Positions 20,156 to 44,269 of a DNA stretch of 64,000 nucleotides are shown piece by piece. A model generated the notes under the pieces. That model saw only the letters and a program-made list of their open reading frames with translations, made no database searches and was not told where the DNA came from. The DNA comes from Hemiscyllium ocellatum (Eukaryota), in the NCBI RefSeq assembly GCF_020745735.1, contig NC_083433.1, positions 12,907,363 through 12,971,362 on the forward strand. Direction: 5' to 3'. A program made the translations under genes and the position numbers. The stretch's first letter is position 1; each line of letters opens with the position of its first letter.

Positions 20156-23100
20156 TGACCTGCTGCATAACTGCAAATTCTGGAAGTGCATCTACCTGAA
20201 AATGAAAATAAAACATACTCTAAACTTCACAATTGCATCTGAGGTTGTTTATTATAAAGACATGCTCAACACAGATTTGCAGAATTCTGTTTGTTCGTTC
20301 ATCTGAGGAATTTGTCTTCCTGTCTTTTGAACGGCAGTGTCGGGAGTCCATTGAAAAATGGCTAGATTATGTTGACATTAAACATTTGCCTCTTGCTTGA
20401 CAGTGACAGAAATAATGTGCTTTTGGGTCCTCGTGCAGGCAACTTTGTGGATTCATTCTAAATCTGCTGTGCCCTCTTTGACCTTGGGTCTCTGGAAGCC
20501 CAGTTTACAAACCAAAATGCTAAATGTGCTGAGTGCCTCAGCCATATAGTAGGCCTCAGGCCTCCATGTCTAAATTGCTGCTCAAAACCTATGGTACATT
20601 CAGCTTTTCTGTCTCCATGTTCAGTTTGTAATTGTTTCAAGAAGGACCAGCCCTCAACTCAAGGATGTTTCCAAGTGGGAAGATTCTGGAAAGTCAGGAG
20701 TTGAGAAATTCACAACAGAATTCCCAGCCTCTGACTTATTCTCATCACCATGAATATTTATCAGAGTTGACCTCTAACCGTGGTTTCATGTGTAATATTC
20801 AAACTTGTAATTCAATCCGACAAAATACGGCTAGACTGTAACCTGGTATTTGGGAAAGTTATTGGGTCAAAGTAACTTGCTTCCACCAATCCATCCGGCA
20901 AGGCTGTGATCATACCCTAACATTGAGTGGGGATCTTCAATCCCCAAACTCTCCCAGCCCACCATTCCACTGGAGGCTGCTCAGTTCAACACAATCAACA
21001 TTAGGTTGAGACACTTTGATGTCCATATCGCTGTGGGTATGGACCACATAGAGCTCGGAGACTAGTTTCTGAGCAGTACATTCTGCAGAATACAATGTAA
21101 TTAGAATAATAATCCCGCTATTTGGAAACATGCTCAAGTTGAGGGCTAGTTCTTCTTGAAACAAGTAAAAACTGAACATGGAGACAGAAAAGCTGAATGT
21201 ACCATATGTTTCGAGCAGCAATTTAGACACGGAGGCCTGAGGCCTACTACATGGCTGAGGCACTCAGCACATTTAGTGTTTTGGTTTGTAAACTGGACTA
21301 CATATATATTGTCGCATATGCAGTTTGGTTCTGTACAGTTGCATATCAAAGAAACAAATATTGGAGTTTGACTCTATCCAACAAACCAAAGACTTCTCTT
21401 ACTTGAACCAGATTATATTTACATGCATTTGAGGCAGTGGAAAGATCCAATAACTGAATGGATCCTCATTAACCTTCAGCAGAAAGACTTCAGACAATGG
21501 TCTTTCCCCACATGCCCCTCAGCGGCAGCTGCCCCAAGCTTCAGCGCGTCCCTCAGCACGTAGACCTGGACCTTGGAATGTGCCGGTATGCAACACTCAG
21601 TCGGGGTCAACTATTTGCTCTGGAAGACCAACCAAATTTTGGGTAGACCAAAGGGGGCCTTTCACTGAGTGGATGGTCCTCCAGGCGCAGTTGATGTTTG
21701 TCTTGGTGTGCGTCCTGAGGAGCAGACCATAGAGCACAGAGTCCCACGTCATGGATCTGCTCAGGACGACTCTCAACACACACCACTGCATCATCCTCCA
21801 GACTTCCTTTGCAAGGGCACATTCAGGAAGGAGATGTGGAACAGTCTCTATCCCCGGCAGCCGCTTTGCGGGCAGCGTTCGATGGCGCAGAGAGACTGGG
21901 CGTGCATGAGGATTTCACAGGTAATACCCTTCTTACCACCAACCAAGTGATGTCTTGGTGCTTGTTGGAAAGTTCTGGTGATGAGTCATTCTGCAAAATG
22001 GCTCTGACAGACTGCTCAGGGGACAATCCGACAGGATCCACCCTCTCCTTTTCCCGAAGGGTCTCAAGGACACTACGTGCTGACCACCTCCTGGGGGACT
22101 TGTGGTCGAAGGTGTTTTTTTTAAGAAATTTCTCCACAAGGGACAGGTGTTATGTAATGGTCAAACTACTTGGAGGGTTTCAAGGCAATGAGGCCAGGCC
22201 CATGATTCACAACACCAGGGACAGGTGGAACCTCAATACGTAGTGACACTTGATGTCTGCGTACCGGGGTCTATGAACAACTTGATGCAGCTGCACACAA
22301 AGATGGCCATCAGAATAAGGGCAGTATGTTCCTCCCTCCCTCATCCAGAGTTTTGGGCATGGTGTTCCTATGGATACGGTCCATTCTAGACCTCCTGGTT
22401 AAGTGGAAGATGGCTCAGGTAACAGTGCAGTTTCAGGGAACAGGCCAGACCTGCATCACAGACAACAACAGAGAGAGTGCCTCACACCTGATGACCAGGA
22501 TTTTACCCACAATGGAGAGGGAGTGGTGCTCCCAAAGGCCTAGTTTCTCCCTCATCTTGGCGATGCGCTCCTCCCTAAATTTTGCACACACCCCTCTGAA
22601 TTGTATTCCTAGCACCTTCAGGTAATCTGTCCTGACGGTGAAGGGATAAAGGATCGGTCAGCCCAGTTGTCAATTAACATGGTTTTGCTCTTTGTCTCAA
22701 TTTACCTCGGCTCCCAGGACCAAAGCTATCAGGCTGGGTGGATTGGCCGTTCTAAATTGCTGATAGCATCTAGGGATACGTAGGCTAGGTGGATCAGCCT
22801 TGGGATATGGGGTATAGCATGGGTCTGAACAGGATGCTGTTCAGATGATTGATGCTGACGCAATGGGCTGAATGGCCTCTTTCTGGACTGCAGGAATTCT
22901 ATCAGCATGTCTTAATGTTTGGTTAAAATAAAAGGATTTATGTGCTGGAATAAATATGTTCAGTGCCTTAAAGTCTCACCCCCACCCTGAAGGTTGCAGA
23001 ATGCACTAGTTAAACAAAATTCACTGAAACAATCACAAGAATGTCTGACAGCCCCCTCCCTAACCCATGATCCCTGAAACCTTGAAAGATAAATGAAACA

Positions 23101-24714
23101 GCTGTACAGGAGAGTCAGTATCTCCAGGTTGTCTCTCCCAGTCCCACCCACTCCCCAACATGGAGAGCAATCATTGTTCTTTCAACATCACTGGGTCAAA
23201 CCAAACTGCATCAGGAGAATCCTTCAGCCCATGGGAAGCTGGGATCAGCTTGGACTGCAAATTGCTGACTTTAGCAGCAAGAGTAAGTCAGATGGAAGCA
23301 TCTAACCTCAAGCATTGCTGTTATTCCCAGATCACTGTCATCCTGCTCATTTCAGCTGTAGGGAGCAATGCAGAACACACATTATCATCCAATACAGCTC
23401 AGGAGAGTTCCTGGAGCTGACTCCCTGGAATGTCTGGTGATTTTCCCCTGCTCTGGGCTGGCAGGCATGAATTGTTTTTTTTTAAAAAAGAAAAGCTAGG
23501 TTGGGGGCCGTGGGGATGGTGGCCTGATTGTGAGACTGGGCAGTCTGCTAGGGAAAGTAAAATGAGGGAATGCACCCAGGACAACTCATTTCTGGAAAAG
23601 TTGCCCCCACGTGTGGATTGGCTCCTTGTTGTTCCAAGAGGGGCATTTAAAGTTCCCAGCCAGAGCAGTACATTTGAGATTAGGAGAGCATGAATGGTCA
23701 GTGTGGCTAACTGCTGACACAAGGTGAAGATCAGAGGGCCCAGTACTGACCCTGATCAGAAACCTAACTGGCCCTCTAGAACCTTCGATTAGATTACTTC
23801 GTATGGAAACAGGCCCTTCGGCCCAAGAAGTCCACACCGACCCACAACCCACCCATACCCTTACATATACCCCTTACCTAACACTACGGGCAATTTAGCA
23901 TGGCCAATTCACCTGACCTGCACATCTTTGGACTGTGGGAGGAAACCTGAGCACCCGGCTGAAACCCATGCAGACAGGGAGAGAATGTGCAAACTCCACA
24001 CACAGTCAGTCACCTGAGTCGGGAATTGAACCCGGGTCTCAGGTGCTGTGAGGCAGCAGTGCTAACCACGCCGCCCACAAAGCTAGGCCCACTGCACAAG
24101 GAGGCCACAACATTTGGAATATAGTTGTTCTGTCACTCTATTGGCAGTGATGCAAGAAATGTTGGGATTGTATCATTTCCAGGTTGGCTGGTTGCACAAT
24201 CTGGACAGAAACCAGAGCCTGATGGACCTCACCTTAGTGGAGGTGAGCTGGTCAGCAGTTTAGCAATAAATAATCAGTCGAGTCTAAAGTGAAAATAAGT
24301 CATTGGAGGCTTAGGTAAGCCATTTGAAGGATGTCTGCACTTGACTGTGAAAGGAAATTTCTGTATCACCTCAGTTTTCCTTAACCACAAATGTAGCTAT
24401 TAAGTCCAGAGAAAAATAGAGAGTGTTAGTAGTACAAGAAAGGAATGAAGACTGTCCACCCCTAGACTGTAATCCAACCTTACATTCTACAGAGGGGGTG
24501 GTGCAGGGCTGGCTTGACCTCATGGTTACTCCAGAGCAGCACCTTCTGGAGATCCCAGTCCAGTTGGATGATGAGTGGGGTAGGGAAGTGGAAAAGAAAA
24601 CCCAGTGAAAGTTTCATAACCTAGTTATTTGATCAGCCAAATTACTCATTCCAAGCTCAAGACATCGACCAAAGTGACGTATCAGTGGTCTGAATGATGG
24701 ACAATCAGCAAGAT

Positions 24715-24720
24715 TTTATT
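24715..24720 (-). terminator. Poly(A) signal AATAAA, copy 3
   Basis: tttatt on the + strand about 130 nt past the stop codon. Confidence 0.7.
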
Positions 24721-24852
24721 CATTTCCATTTCAGGTGGTACAGCCATTACATTCTTGCCAACATGCTCCTTCTCCCTGGGAGGGGGAAGCCAGATTGTCC
24801 AAGTGAAGTCAGTAATGCATTCAGACAAAAGCAGACAGTCCCCCAGGCCCCA

Positions 24853-29880
<5,028 letters not shown>

Positions 29881-29967
29881 TCTGTGATGAATACTACTTT
29901 GGCTTTCTTTTTCTTCCCCCCCCAAAAAAGCCCAATCACAAATTGAAAATTAACACCAACTGTACCT

Positions 29968-30173
29968 AAACAAACACTACCTTTGGACGTTTATTTATAC
30001 TTCAGGAGTTGACCCTCAGTTTATTCAGCAGGAAATGACATCATCAGTGATGGCCAATCACTCTTGTTAGTCAATCCATCAGCTGCCATGTCCAATCAGC
30101 ACAGGATGGGAATTGGATCCAGAAGCCAAACAGAATTGACAACTGGTTGATGATGTCATTGCTGATTGACTTT
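29968..30173 (-). promoter_or_regulatory. Ferritin copy 3 core promoter
   Basis: TATAAATA at 29992..29999 with the same upstream motifs. Confidence 0.7.
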
Positions 30174-33100
30174 TGACCTGCTGCATAACTGCAAATTCTG
30201 GAAGTGCATCTACCTGAAAATGAAAATAAAACATACTCTAAAACTTCACTATTGCATCTGAGGTTGTTTATTATAAAGACATGCTCAACACAGATTTGCA
30301 GAATTCTGTTTGTTCGTTTGTTCATCTGAGGGATTTGTCTTCCTGTCTTTTAAATGGCAGTGTTGGGAGTCCATTGAAAAATGGCTAGATTATGTTGACA
30401 TTAAATATTTGCCTATTGCTTGACAGTGACAGAAATAATGTGCTTTTGGGTCCTAGTGCAGGCAACTTTGTGGATTCATTCTAAATCTGCTGTGACCTCT
30501 TTGACCTTGGGTCGCTGGAAGCCCAGTTTACAAACCAAAATGGTAAATGTGCTGAGTGCCTCAGCCATGTAGTAGGCCTCAGGCCCCCATGTCTAAATTG
30601 CTGCTCAAAACCTATGGTACATTCAGCTTTTCTGTCTCCATGTTCAATTTGTAATTGTTTCAAGAAGGACCAGCCCTCAACTCAAGGATGTTTCCAAGTG
30701 GGAAGATTCTGATTCTGGAAAGTCAGGAGTTGAGAAATTCACAACAGAATTCCCAGCCTCTGACTTACTCTCATTGCCATGAATATTTATCAGGGTTTAC
30801 CTCTGACCATGGTTACGTGTATAATATTCAAACTTGTAACTCAATCTGACAAGTAATGGCTAGACTGTAACCTGGTATTTGGGAAAGTTATTGGGTAAAA
30901 AATAACTTGTTTCCACCAATCCATCCATCGAGGCTGTGATCATACCCTAACATTGAGTAGGGACCTTCAATCCCCAAACTCTCCCAGCCCACCATTCCAC
31001 TGGAGGCTGCTCAATTCAACACATTCAACATTAGGTTGAGACACCCTCATGTCCATATCGCTGTGGGTATGGACCACATAGAGTTCGGAGACTAGTTTCT
31101 GAGCAGTACATTCTACAGAATACAATGTAATTAGAATAATAATCCCGCTATTTGGAAACATGCTCAAGTTGAGGGCTAGTTCTTCTTGAAACAAGTAAAA
31201 ACTGAACATGGAGATAGAAAAGTTGAATGTACAATATGTTTTGAGCAGCAATTTAGACATGGAGGCCTGAGGCCTACTACATGGCTGAGCCACTCAGCAC
31301 ATTTAGTGTTTTGGTTTGTAAACTGGACTATGTATATATTGTCGCAAATGCAGTTTGGTTCTGTACAATTGCATATCAAAGGAACAAATATTGGAGTTTG
31401 ACTCTATCCAACAAACCAAAGACTTCTCTTACTTGAACCAGATTATATTTACATGCATTTGAGGCAGTGGAAAGTTCCAATAACTGAATGGATCCTCATT
31501 AACCTTCAGCAGAAAGACTTCAGACAATGGTCTTTCCCCACATGCCCCTCAGCGGCAGCTGCCCCAAGCTTCAGCGCGTCCCTCAGCACGTAGACCTGGA
31601 CCTTGGAATGTGCCAGTCTGCAACACTCAGTCGGGGTCAACTACTTGCTCTGGAAGACCAACCAAATTTTGGGTAGACCAAAGGGGGCCTTTCACTGAGT
31701 GGATGGTCCTCCAGGCGCAGTTGATGTTTGTCTTGGTGTGCATCCTGAGGGGCAGACCATAGAGCACAGAGTCCCACGTCATGGATCTGCTCAGGACGAC
31801 ACTCAACACACACCACTGCATCATCCTCCAGACTTCCTTTGCAAGGGCACATTCAAGAAGAAGATGTGGAACAGTCTCTATCCCCGGCAGCCGCTTCGCG
31901 GGCAGGGTTCGGTGGCGCAGAGAGACTGGACGTGCATGAAGGATCTCACAGGTAGTGCCCTTCTCACCACCAGCCAAGCGATGTCTTGGTGCTTGTTGGA
32001 AAGTTCTGGTGATGAGTCATTCTGCCAAATGGCTTTAACAGATTGCTCAGGGAACAACCAAACAGGATCCATTCTCTCCTTTTCCCGAAGGGTCTCAAGG
32101 ACACTACGTGCTGACCATCTCCTGGGGGACTTGTGGTCGAAAGTGTTTTTCTTTACCAATTTCTCCACAAAGGACAGGTGTTATGTAATGGTCAAACTAC
32201 TTGGAGGGTTTCACGGCAATGAGGCTAGGCCCATGATTCACAACACCAGGGTCAGGTGGAACCTCAGTACATAGTGACACTTGGTGTCTGCGTACCGGGG
32301 TCTATACACAACTCGATGCAGCTGCACACAAAGATGGCCATCAGAATAAGGACAGTATGTTCCTTCCTCCCTCCCTCATCCAGAGTTTTGGGCATGGTGT
32401 CCCTATGGACACGGTCCATTCTAGACCTCCAGGTGAAGTGGAAGATGGCTCAGGTAACAGCGCAGTTTCAGGGAACAGGCCAGACCTGCATCACAGACAA
32501 CAACAGAGAGATTGCCTCACACCTGATGACCAGGATTTTACCCACAATGGAGAGGGAGTGGTGCTCCCAAAGGCCCAGTTTCTGCCTCACCTTGGCAATG
32601 CACTCCTCCCAAAATTTTGCACACACCACTCTGAATCGTACTCCCAGCACCTTCAGGTAATCTGTCCTGACTGTGAAGGGATAAAGGATTAAGGATTGGT
32701 CAGCCCAGTTGCCAATTAACATGGTTTTGCTCTTTGTCTCAATTTACCTTGGCTCCCAGGACCAAAGATATCAGGCTGGGCGGATTGGCCATTCTAAATT
32801 GCTGATAGCATCTAGGGATAGGTAGGCTAAGTGGATCAGCTTTGGGATATGGGGTATAGCATGGGTCTGAACAGGATGCTGTTCAGATGATTGATGCTGA
32901 CTCAATGGGCTGAATAGCCTCATTCTGGACTGTAGGGATTCTATCAGCATGACTTCATGTTTGTTTAAAATAAAAGGATTTATGTGCTGGAATAAATGTT
33001 AAGTGTCTTAAAGTCTCACCCCCACCCTGAAGGTTGCAGAATGCACTAGTTAAACAAAATGCACTGAAACAATCACCCGGATGTCTCTGACAGCCCCCTC

Positions 33101-34378
33101 CCTAACCCATGATCCCTGAAACCTTGAAAGATTAATAAAACAGCTGTACAGGAGAGTCAGTATCTCCAGGTTTTCTCTCCCAGTCATACCCACTCCCCAA
33201 CATGGAGAGCAATCATTGTTCCTTCAACATCACTGGGTCAAATCAAACTGCATCAGGAGAATCCTTCACCCCATGGGAAGCTGGGAGGAAGCTTGGATTG
33301 CAAACTGCTGACTTTAGCAGCAAGAGTAAATCAGATGGAAGCATCTAACCTCAAGCATTGCTGTTATTCCCAGATCACAGTCATCCTGCTCATTTCAGCT
33401 GTAGGGAGCAATGCAGAGCACACATTATAATCCATTGCAGCTCAGGAAAGTTCCTTGAGCTGACTCCCTGGAATGGTCCCCTGCTCTGGGCTACCAGGCC
33501 TGAAGTTTTTTTAAAAAAAAAAACAGGGGGGGGGGGGGGGCAATGGGTAAGGCTGCCTGATTGAGACTGTGCAGTCTGCTAGGGAAAGTAAAATGAGGGA
33601 TTCACACAGGACAACTCACTTCTGGGAAAGTTGCCCCCCTACAGTGTGGATTGGCTCCTTGTTGTTCCAAGAGGGGCATTGAAAGTTCCCAGCCAGAGCA
33701 GTACGTGTGGAGATTAGGAGGGCATGAATGGTCAGTGTGGCTAACTGCTGAAACAAGGTGAAAATCAAAGAGCCCAGTACTGACCCTGGTCAGAAACCCA
33801 ACTGGCCCTCTAGAACCTTAGGCTGGGCCCATTGTCCAAGGAAGCCACAACACTTGGAATATAGTTGTTCTGGCACTCTAGGGGCAGCTATGCAAGAAAT
33901 GTTGGGATTGTATCATTTCCAGGTTGGCTGGTTCCACAATCTGGACAGAAACCAGAGCCTGATGGACCGCACCTTAGTGGAGGTGAGCTGGTCATCAGTT
34001 TAGACTCAATTGAGATTTATTGTGAAAGTGAAAATAAGTCATTGGAGGCTTAGGTAAGCTATTTGAAGGATGTCTGCACTTGACTGTTTGTGAAAGGAAG
34101 TTTCTGTATCACCTCAGTTTTCCTTAACCACAAATGTAGCTATTAAGTCCAGACAAAAATAAGTGTTAATTGTAGTATGAAAGAAAGGAATGAAGACTGT
34201 CCACCCCTAGACTGTAATCTATCCTTACATTCTACAGAGGGGGTGGTGCAGGGCTGGCCTGACCTCATGGTTACTCCAGAGCAGCACCTTCTGGAGATCC
34301 CAGTCCAGTTGGATGATGAGTGGGGTAGGGAAGAGGAAAAGAAAACCCAGTGAAAGTTTCAACCTAGTTATTTGATCA

Positions 34379-34552
34379 CAGCTGCAAATGTGTTGCTGGT
34401 CAAAGCACAGCAGGTCAGGCAGCATCTCAGGAATAGAGGTGAGCTGGTCATCAGTTGATCATCTATTCCTGAGATGCTGCCTGACCTGCTGTGCTTTGAC
34501 CAGCAACACATTTGCAGCTGTGATCTCCAGCATCTGCAGACCTCATTTTTTA
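34379..34552. mobile_element. Fold-back Penelope terminal-repeat insertion; unit 4 only
   Basis: TSD ctagttatttgatca (34364..34378, 34553..34567). 64-bp inverted arms at 34374..34437 and 34462..34525. Confidence 0.88.
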
Positions 34553-34782
34553 CTAGTTATTTGATCAGCCAAATTACTCATTCCAAGCTCAAGAGATCTT
34601 CCAAAGCAAAGTATCAGTGGTCTGAATGATGGACAATCAGCAAGATTTCATTCGTTTCCATTTCAGGTGGTACAGCCATTACGTTTTTGCCAACATGCTC
34701 CTTCTCCCTGGGAGGGGGAAGCCAGATTGTCCAAGTGAAGTCAGTAATGCATTCAGACAAAAGCAGAGTCCCCCAGGCCCCA

Positions 34783-41002
<6,220 letters not shown>

Positions 41003-41069
41003 TTTGTCAAAAGAAGCCTTATCCTGATTCCTATTTTCTTCCCCAAAAGCCCCACACACAATGCTCAAT

Positions 41070-41225
41070 AACAGCTACCATTACCTTTTAGTGTTAAATT
41101 TATACTCTAGGAACATAATCCTCATCTTTTCAAGCAGGAAATCACATAATCAGAGGTGACCAATCGTTTTTCTCAATGAGTTGAAGAGCTGCCATTTCCA
41201 GTTGGATTCCAATCAGTGCATCTGG
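41070..41225 (-). promoter_or_regulatory. Ferritin copy 4 core promoter (diverged paralogue)
   Basis: TATAAATT at 41097..41104 at the same spacing from the ATG. The gcaggaaat and CCAAT blocks are retained in otherwise diverged sequence. Confidence 0.6.
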
Positions 41226-41984
41226 ACCCAAAATGATAAAGGAAGGGCTCATTTGATAGGCACCTCAACCATTATGGAATCCTTGATTAATCTTTGACCT
41301 TCACAAGCTCGGTTTCACGTCTCTACTTGGAAACAAGAACAAAAATAAAGTACATTATAAATCCAATTTTTATGTTTGGGTGAAGATAATAAGATAATCC
41401 TGCTGAGGGCCTGCAGAGCTACATTGATGTGTTACTCTGAGGGATTCTCTTTCCTGTCTTATCAATGGCAGTGTTGAAAACCCATTGGAAAATAGAGGCT
41501 TTGTTCTTAGAAAATATTTTCCTCTTGGTATCTTCAACTTTTTGCCCAACGTCAGATTCAACCCACACTGTTGTGACCTTAACTGCATATCAGACAAGGA
41601 TCCAGGTCCTGAATTCACCCTAGTCAGAATGGGGACCAAACCCTGCAGTGCTTGCATCAGGTGCTGTGGCAGGTGCTCCAACCAACTGAGCCAACTGGCC
41701 CATGAAGGATTCTGAGTTGCTATGGTAACACACCTTTTCCCACATGTTGTAGCCTGGAACTATGGACCGTGATGGTAAAGGCTCCAATTTCTTTCCATCA
41801 CACCTGCCGATAAGGAATCTGTCCTGCTCCTACCACCTGCTCTTGGAATGATTTGAAAAGATTTGCAAGTTTATATTTGGATTTCAATCCAGTGGCATAT
41901 GAGTGTTAGCTGACTTCTGTGATGGGATTTAGAATTTACTTAGGTCAGTCTTTCTGGAACCATGGTCTTAACTAATATGTGTCA

Positions 41985-42498
41985 AAATGTGTGGTGCTGG
42001 AAAAGCACAGCTGGTCAGGCAGTATCCAAAGAGCAGGACAGTCAACGTTTCGAGCCAGGAATGTGGGGGAGGCCCAAGGGGGTTGAGAAATAAATGGGAC
42101 GGGGATGGAGCCGGGGAAAGGTAGTTGGGAATGCGATAGGTAGATGGAGGTGGGTGTGATAGTGATAGATTGGAATGGAGAGTGGAGCAGATAGGTGGGA
42201 AGGAAGATGGGTGGATAGGACAGATCAAGAGGGTGGTGCCGAGTTGGAGGATTGGATCTGGGATAAGGTGGGGGGAGGGGAGATGAAGAAACTGGTGAAA
42301 TCGACATTGATCCCATGTGGTTAGAGGGTCCCAAGGCGTTCTTCCTCCAGGCGTCAGGTGGCTAGGATTTGACGATGGAAGAGTCTCAGGACTGGCATAT
42401 CCTTGGTGACGTGGGAGAGGAAGTTGAAGTGGTCAGCCACAGGGCAGCGGGGTTGTTTAGTGCCTGTGTCCCAGCATCTGCAGTCCTTACTTTCTCCT
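41985..42498 (-). mobile_element. Older, degenerate Penelope 3' fragment
   Basis: Resembles 37430..37900 (GIY-YIG C-terminus and 3' UTR). 17-bp TSD ttaactaatatgtgtca (41968..41984, 42499..42515). Confidence 0.8.
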
Positions 42499-42789
42499 TT
42501 AACTAATATGTGTCAGACGACAGCAAAGCCTCCTGAAGAGTAAATGGAAGTTTGTTTATTGTGGGTAATTAGAACAGGAGAGTAAACATTAAGTCATTAG
42601 CTTTAACAGAATATAGGATGAGTACGTTTTTGTTTAAAGTTCAAAGGTTTTTGGGTTCAGTTGAGAGGAGATGCAAACCAAATGCAAATATATTCTTTTC
42701 TAGTAAAGGGAATTATTCAGAGCAGGTAAAGGAATAAGGTACCTCAGTTAAAGACTGAAGTTTGTGAAACTTCCAGACTAGGGTAGAAT

Positions 42790-43735
42790 TATCTTTTTTT
42801 TTAAATTTCAAAAATATACTTTATTCATAAGATAATTTGATGGATTCCTGATGAAGGGCTTATGCTCGAAACGTCGAATTCTCTATTCCTGAGATGCTGC
42901 CTAACCTGCTGTGCTTTGACCAGCAACACATTTGCAGCTGTACAGTTGGTCATGCCATACATATGTAAATATTTACATACAGAGATCAGAATTTATCATT
43001 TTTATACAGGTCTGTACACTTTTCAATCATATGCCCATATAATTAGCTGAGGCGTCAGCAGAGCCCAAATGACTGCGTGGGACTCCTGTGATTAGGCAGG
43101 CAGGCTGATGTTGCACGGTGGTCTTTCCCCACCGCGCCTTGGCAGCAGTTGCCCCAAGCTTCAGCGCATCCCTCAGCACGTAGTCCTGGACCTTGGAGTG
43201 TGCCAGTCTGCAACACTCAGTCGGGGTCAACTCCTTCAGCTGAAAGATCAACAGGTTTCGGACCACCCAGAGAGCATCCTTCACCGGGTTGATGGTCCTC
43301 CAGGCACAGTTGATGTTCGTCTTGGTGTGCGTCCCAGGGAACAGACCGTAGAGCACGGAGTCCCGTGTCATGGCGCTGCTTGGGACGAATCTCGACAAAC
43401 ACCACTGCATTCCTCTCCAGACTTCCTCTGCATAGGTACATTCCAGAAGGAGGTGTGTGACAGTCTCTTCCCCCCCCGCAGCCGCTTCGAGGGCAGCGTG
43501 CGGTGCGGCTGAGAGTCTGGGCGTGCATAAATGATCTCACAGGCAGAACCCTTCTCACCACCAGCCAAGCCATGTCTTGGTGCTTGTTGGAAAGTTCTGG
43601 CGATGAGGCGTTCTGCCAAATGGCTTTGACAGTCTGCTCAGGGAACCGCTCAATAGGATCCGCCCTCTCCTTTTCCCGAAGGGTCTCGAGGACACTACGT
43701 GCTGACCGCTTCCTGATGGACTTGTGGTCATCTTA
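42790..43735 (-). mobile_element. Tx1/L1-clade LINE 3' end with poly(A) tail
   Basis: ORF2 C-terminus QWCLSRFVPSS...YVLRDALKLGATAAKARWGK. tttatt plus a T-run at ~42794..42826 on the + strand. Confidence 0.87.
42844..42940 (+). mobile_element. Penelope terminal-repeat fragment with hammerhead (42844..42879), nested in a LINE 3' end
   Basis: attcCTGATGAagggcttatgctcGAAACGTCgaat followed by sequence matching the reverse complement of ~37427..37487. Confidence 0.88.
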
Positions 43736-44117
43736 CTAAAAAACTAGGGGAGTCTAGGCTCTCAGCTGTCTGAGTGTTCAACTAAATGGCTAGCAGGATA
43801 GGAACTGAGAACAGTTAGGTCAAACTGACAGCTTTGATAGGAAAGGAAGGTTTCTCTGGAATTTGATTGGTGGTAAAGTGATGGTGTGGGGAAGGAGGCG
43901 GGATATTGTTCTGTCATATGTTTTGAAGTTTTTCTAACTGTTATATTTAGATAATTGTTTTAAATTTCTTCTATGCAATAAACTTGTTTTATTGTTAAAA
44001 CCAATCTGCAGCCCCGTGTGCTTCTATTTCAGTGAAACATATTCAATAACAAGAATCAATTTGTGATCTATTGACCTGAATTGTGCAGGTGTACTATGGG
44101 CTGTGATCATAAAGCTT

Positions 44118-44208
44118 AAAAATGTGTCACTGGAAAAACGCAGCAGGTCAGGCAGCATCAAAGGAGCAAGAGAATCGACGTTTCAGGCATAAGCCCTTCT
44201 TCAGGAAT
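44118..44208 (-). mobile_element. Penelope terminal-repeat fragment with hammerhead-like core (CUGAAGA...GAAACGUC)
   Basis: cagcaggtcaggcagcatc...aatcgacgtttcaggcataagcccttcttcaggaat on the + strand. Confidence 0.78.
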
Positions 44209-44269
44209 GAGCATAAAGGACAGTCACATTGAATTCAAAATGTAAACCCTTTTTTCCTCCCTCCACAGA

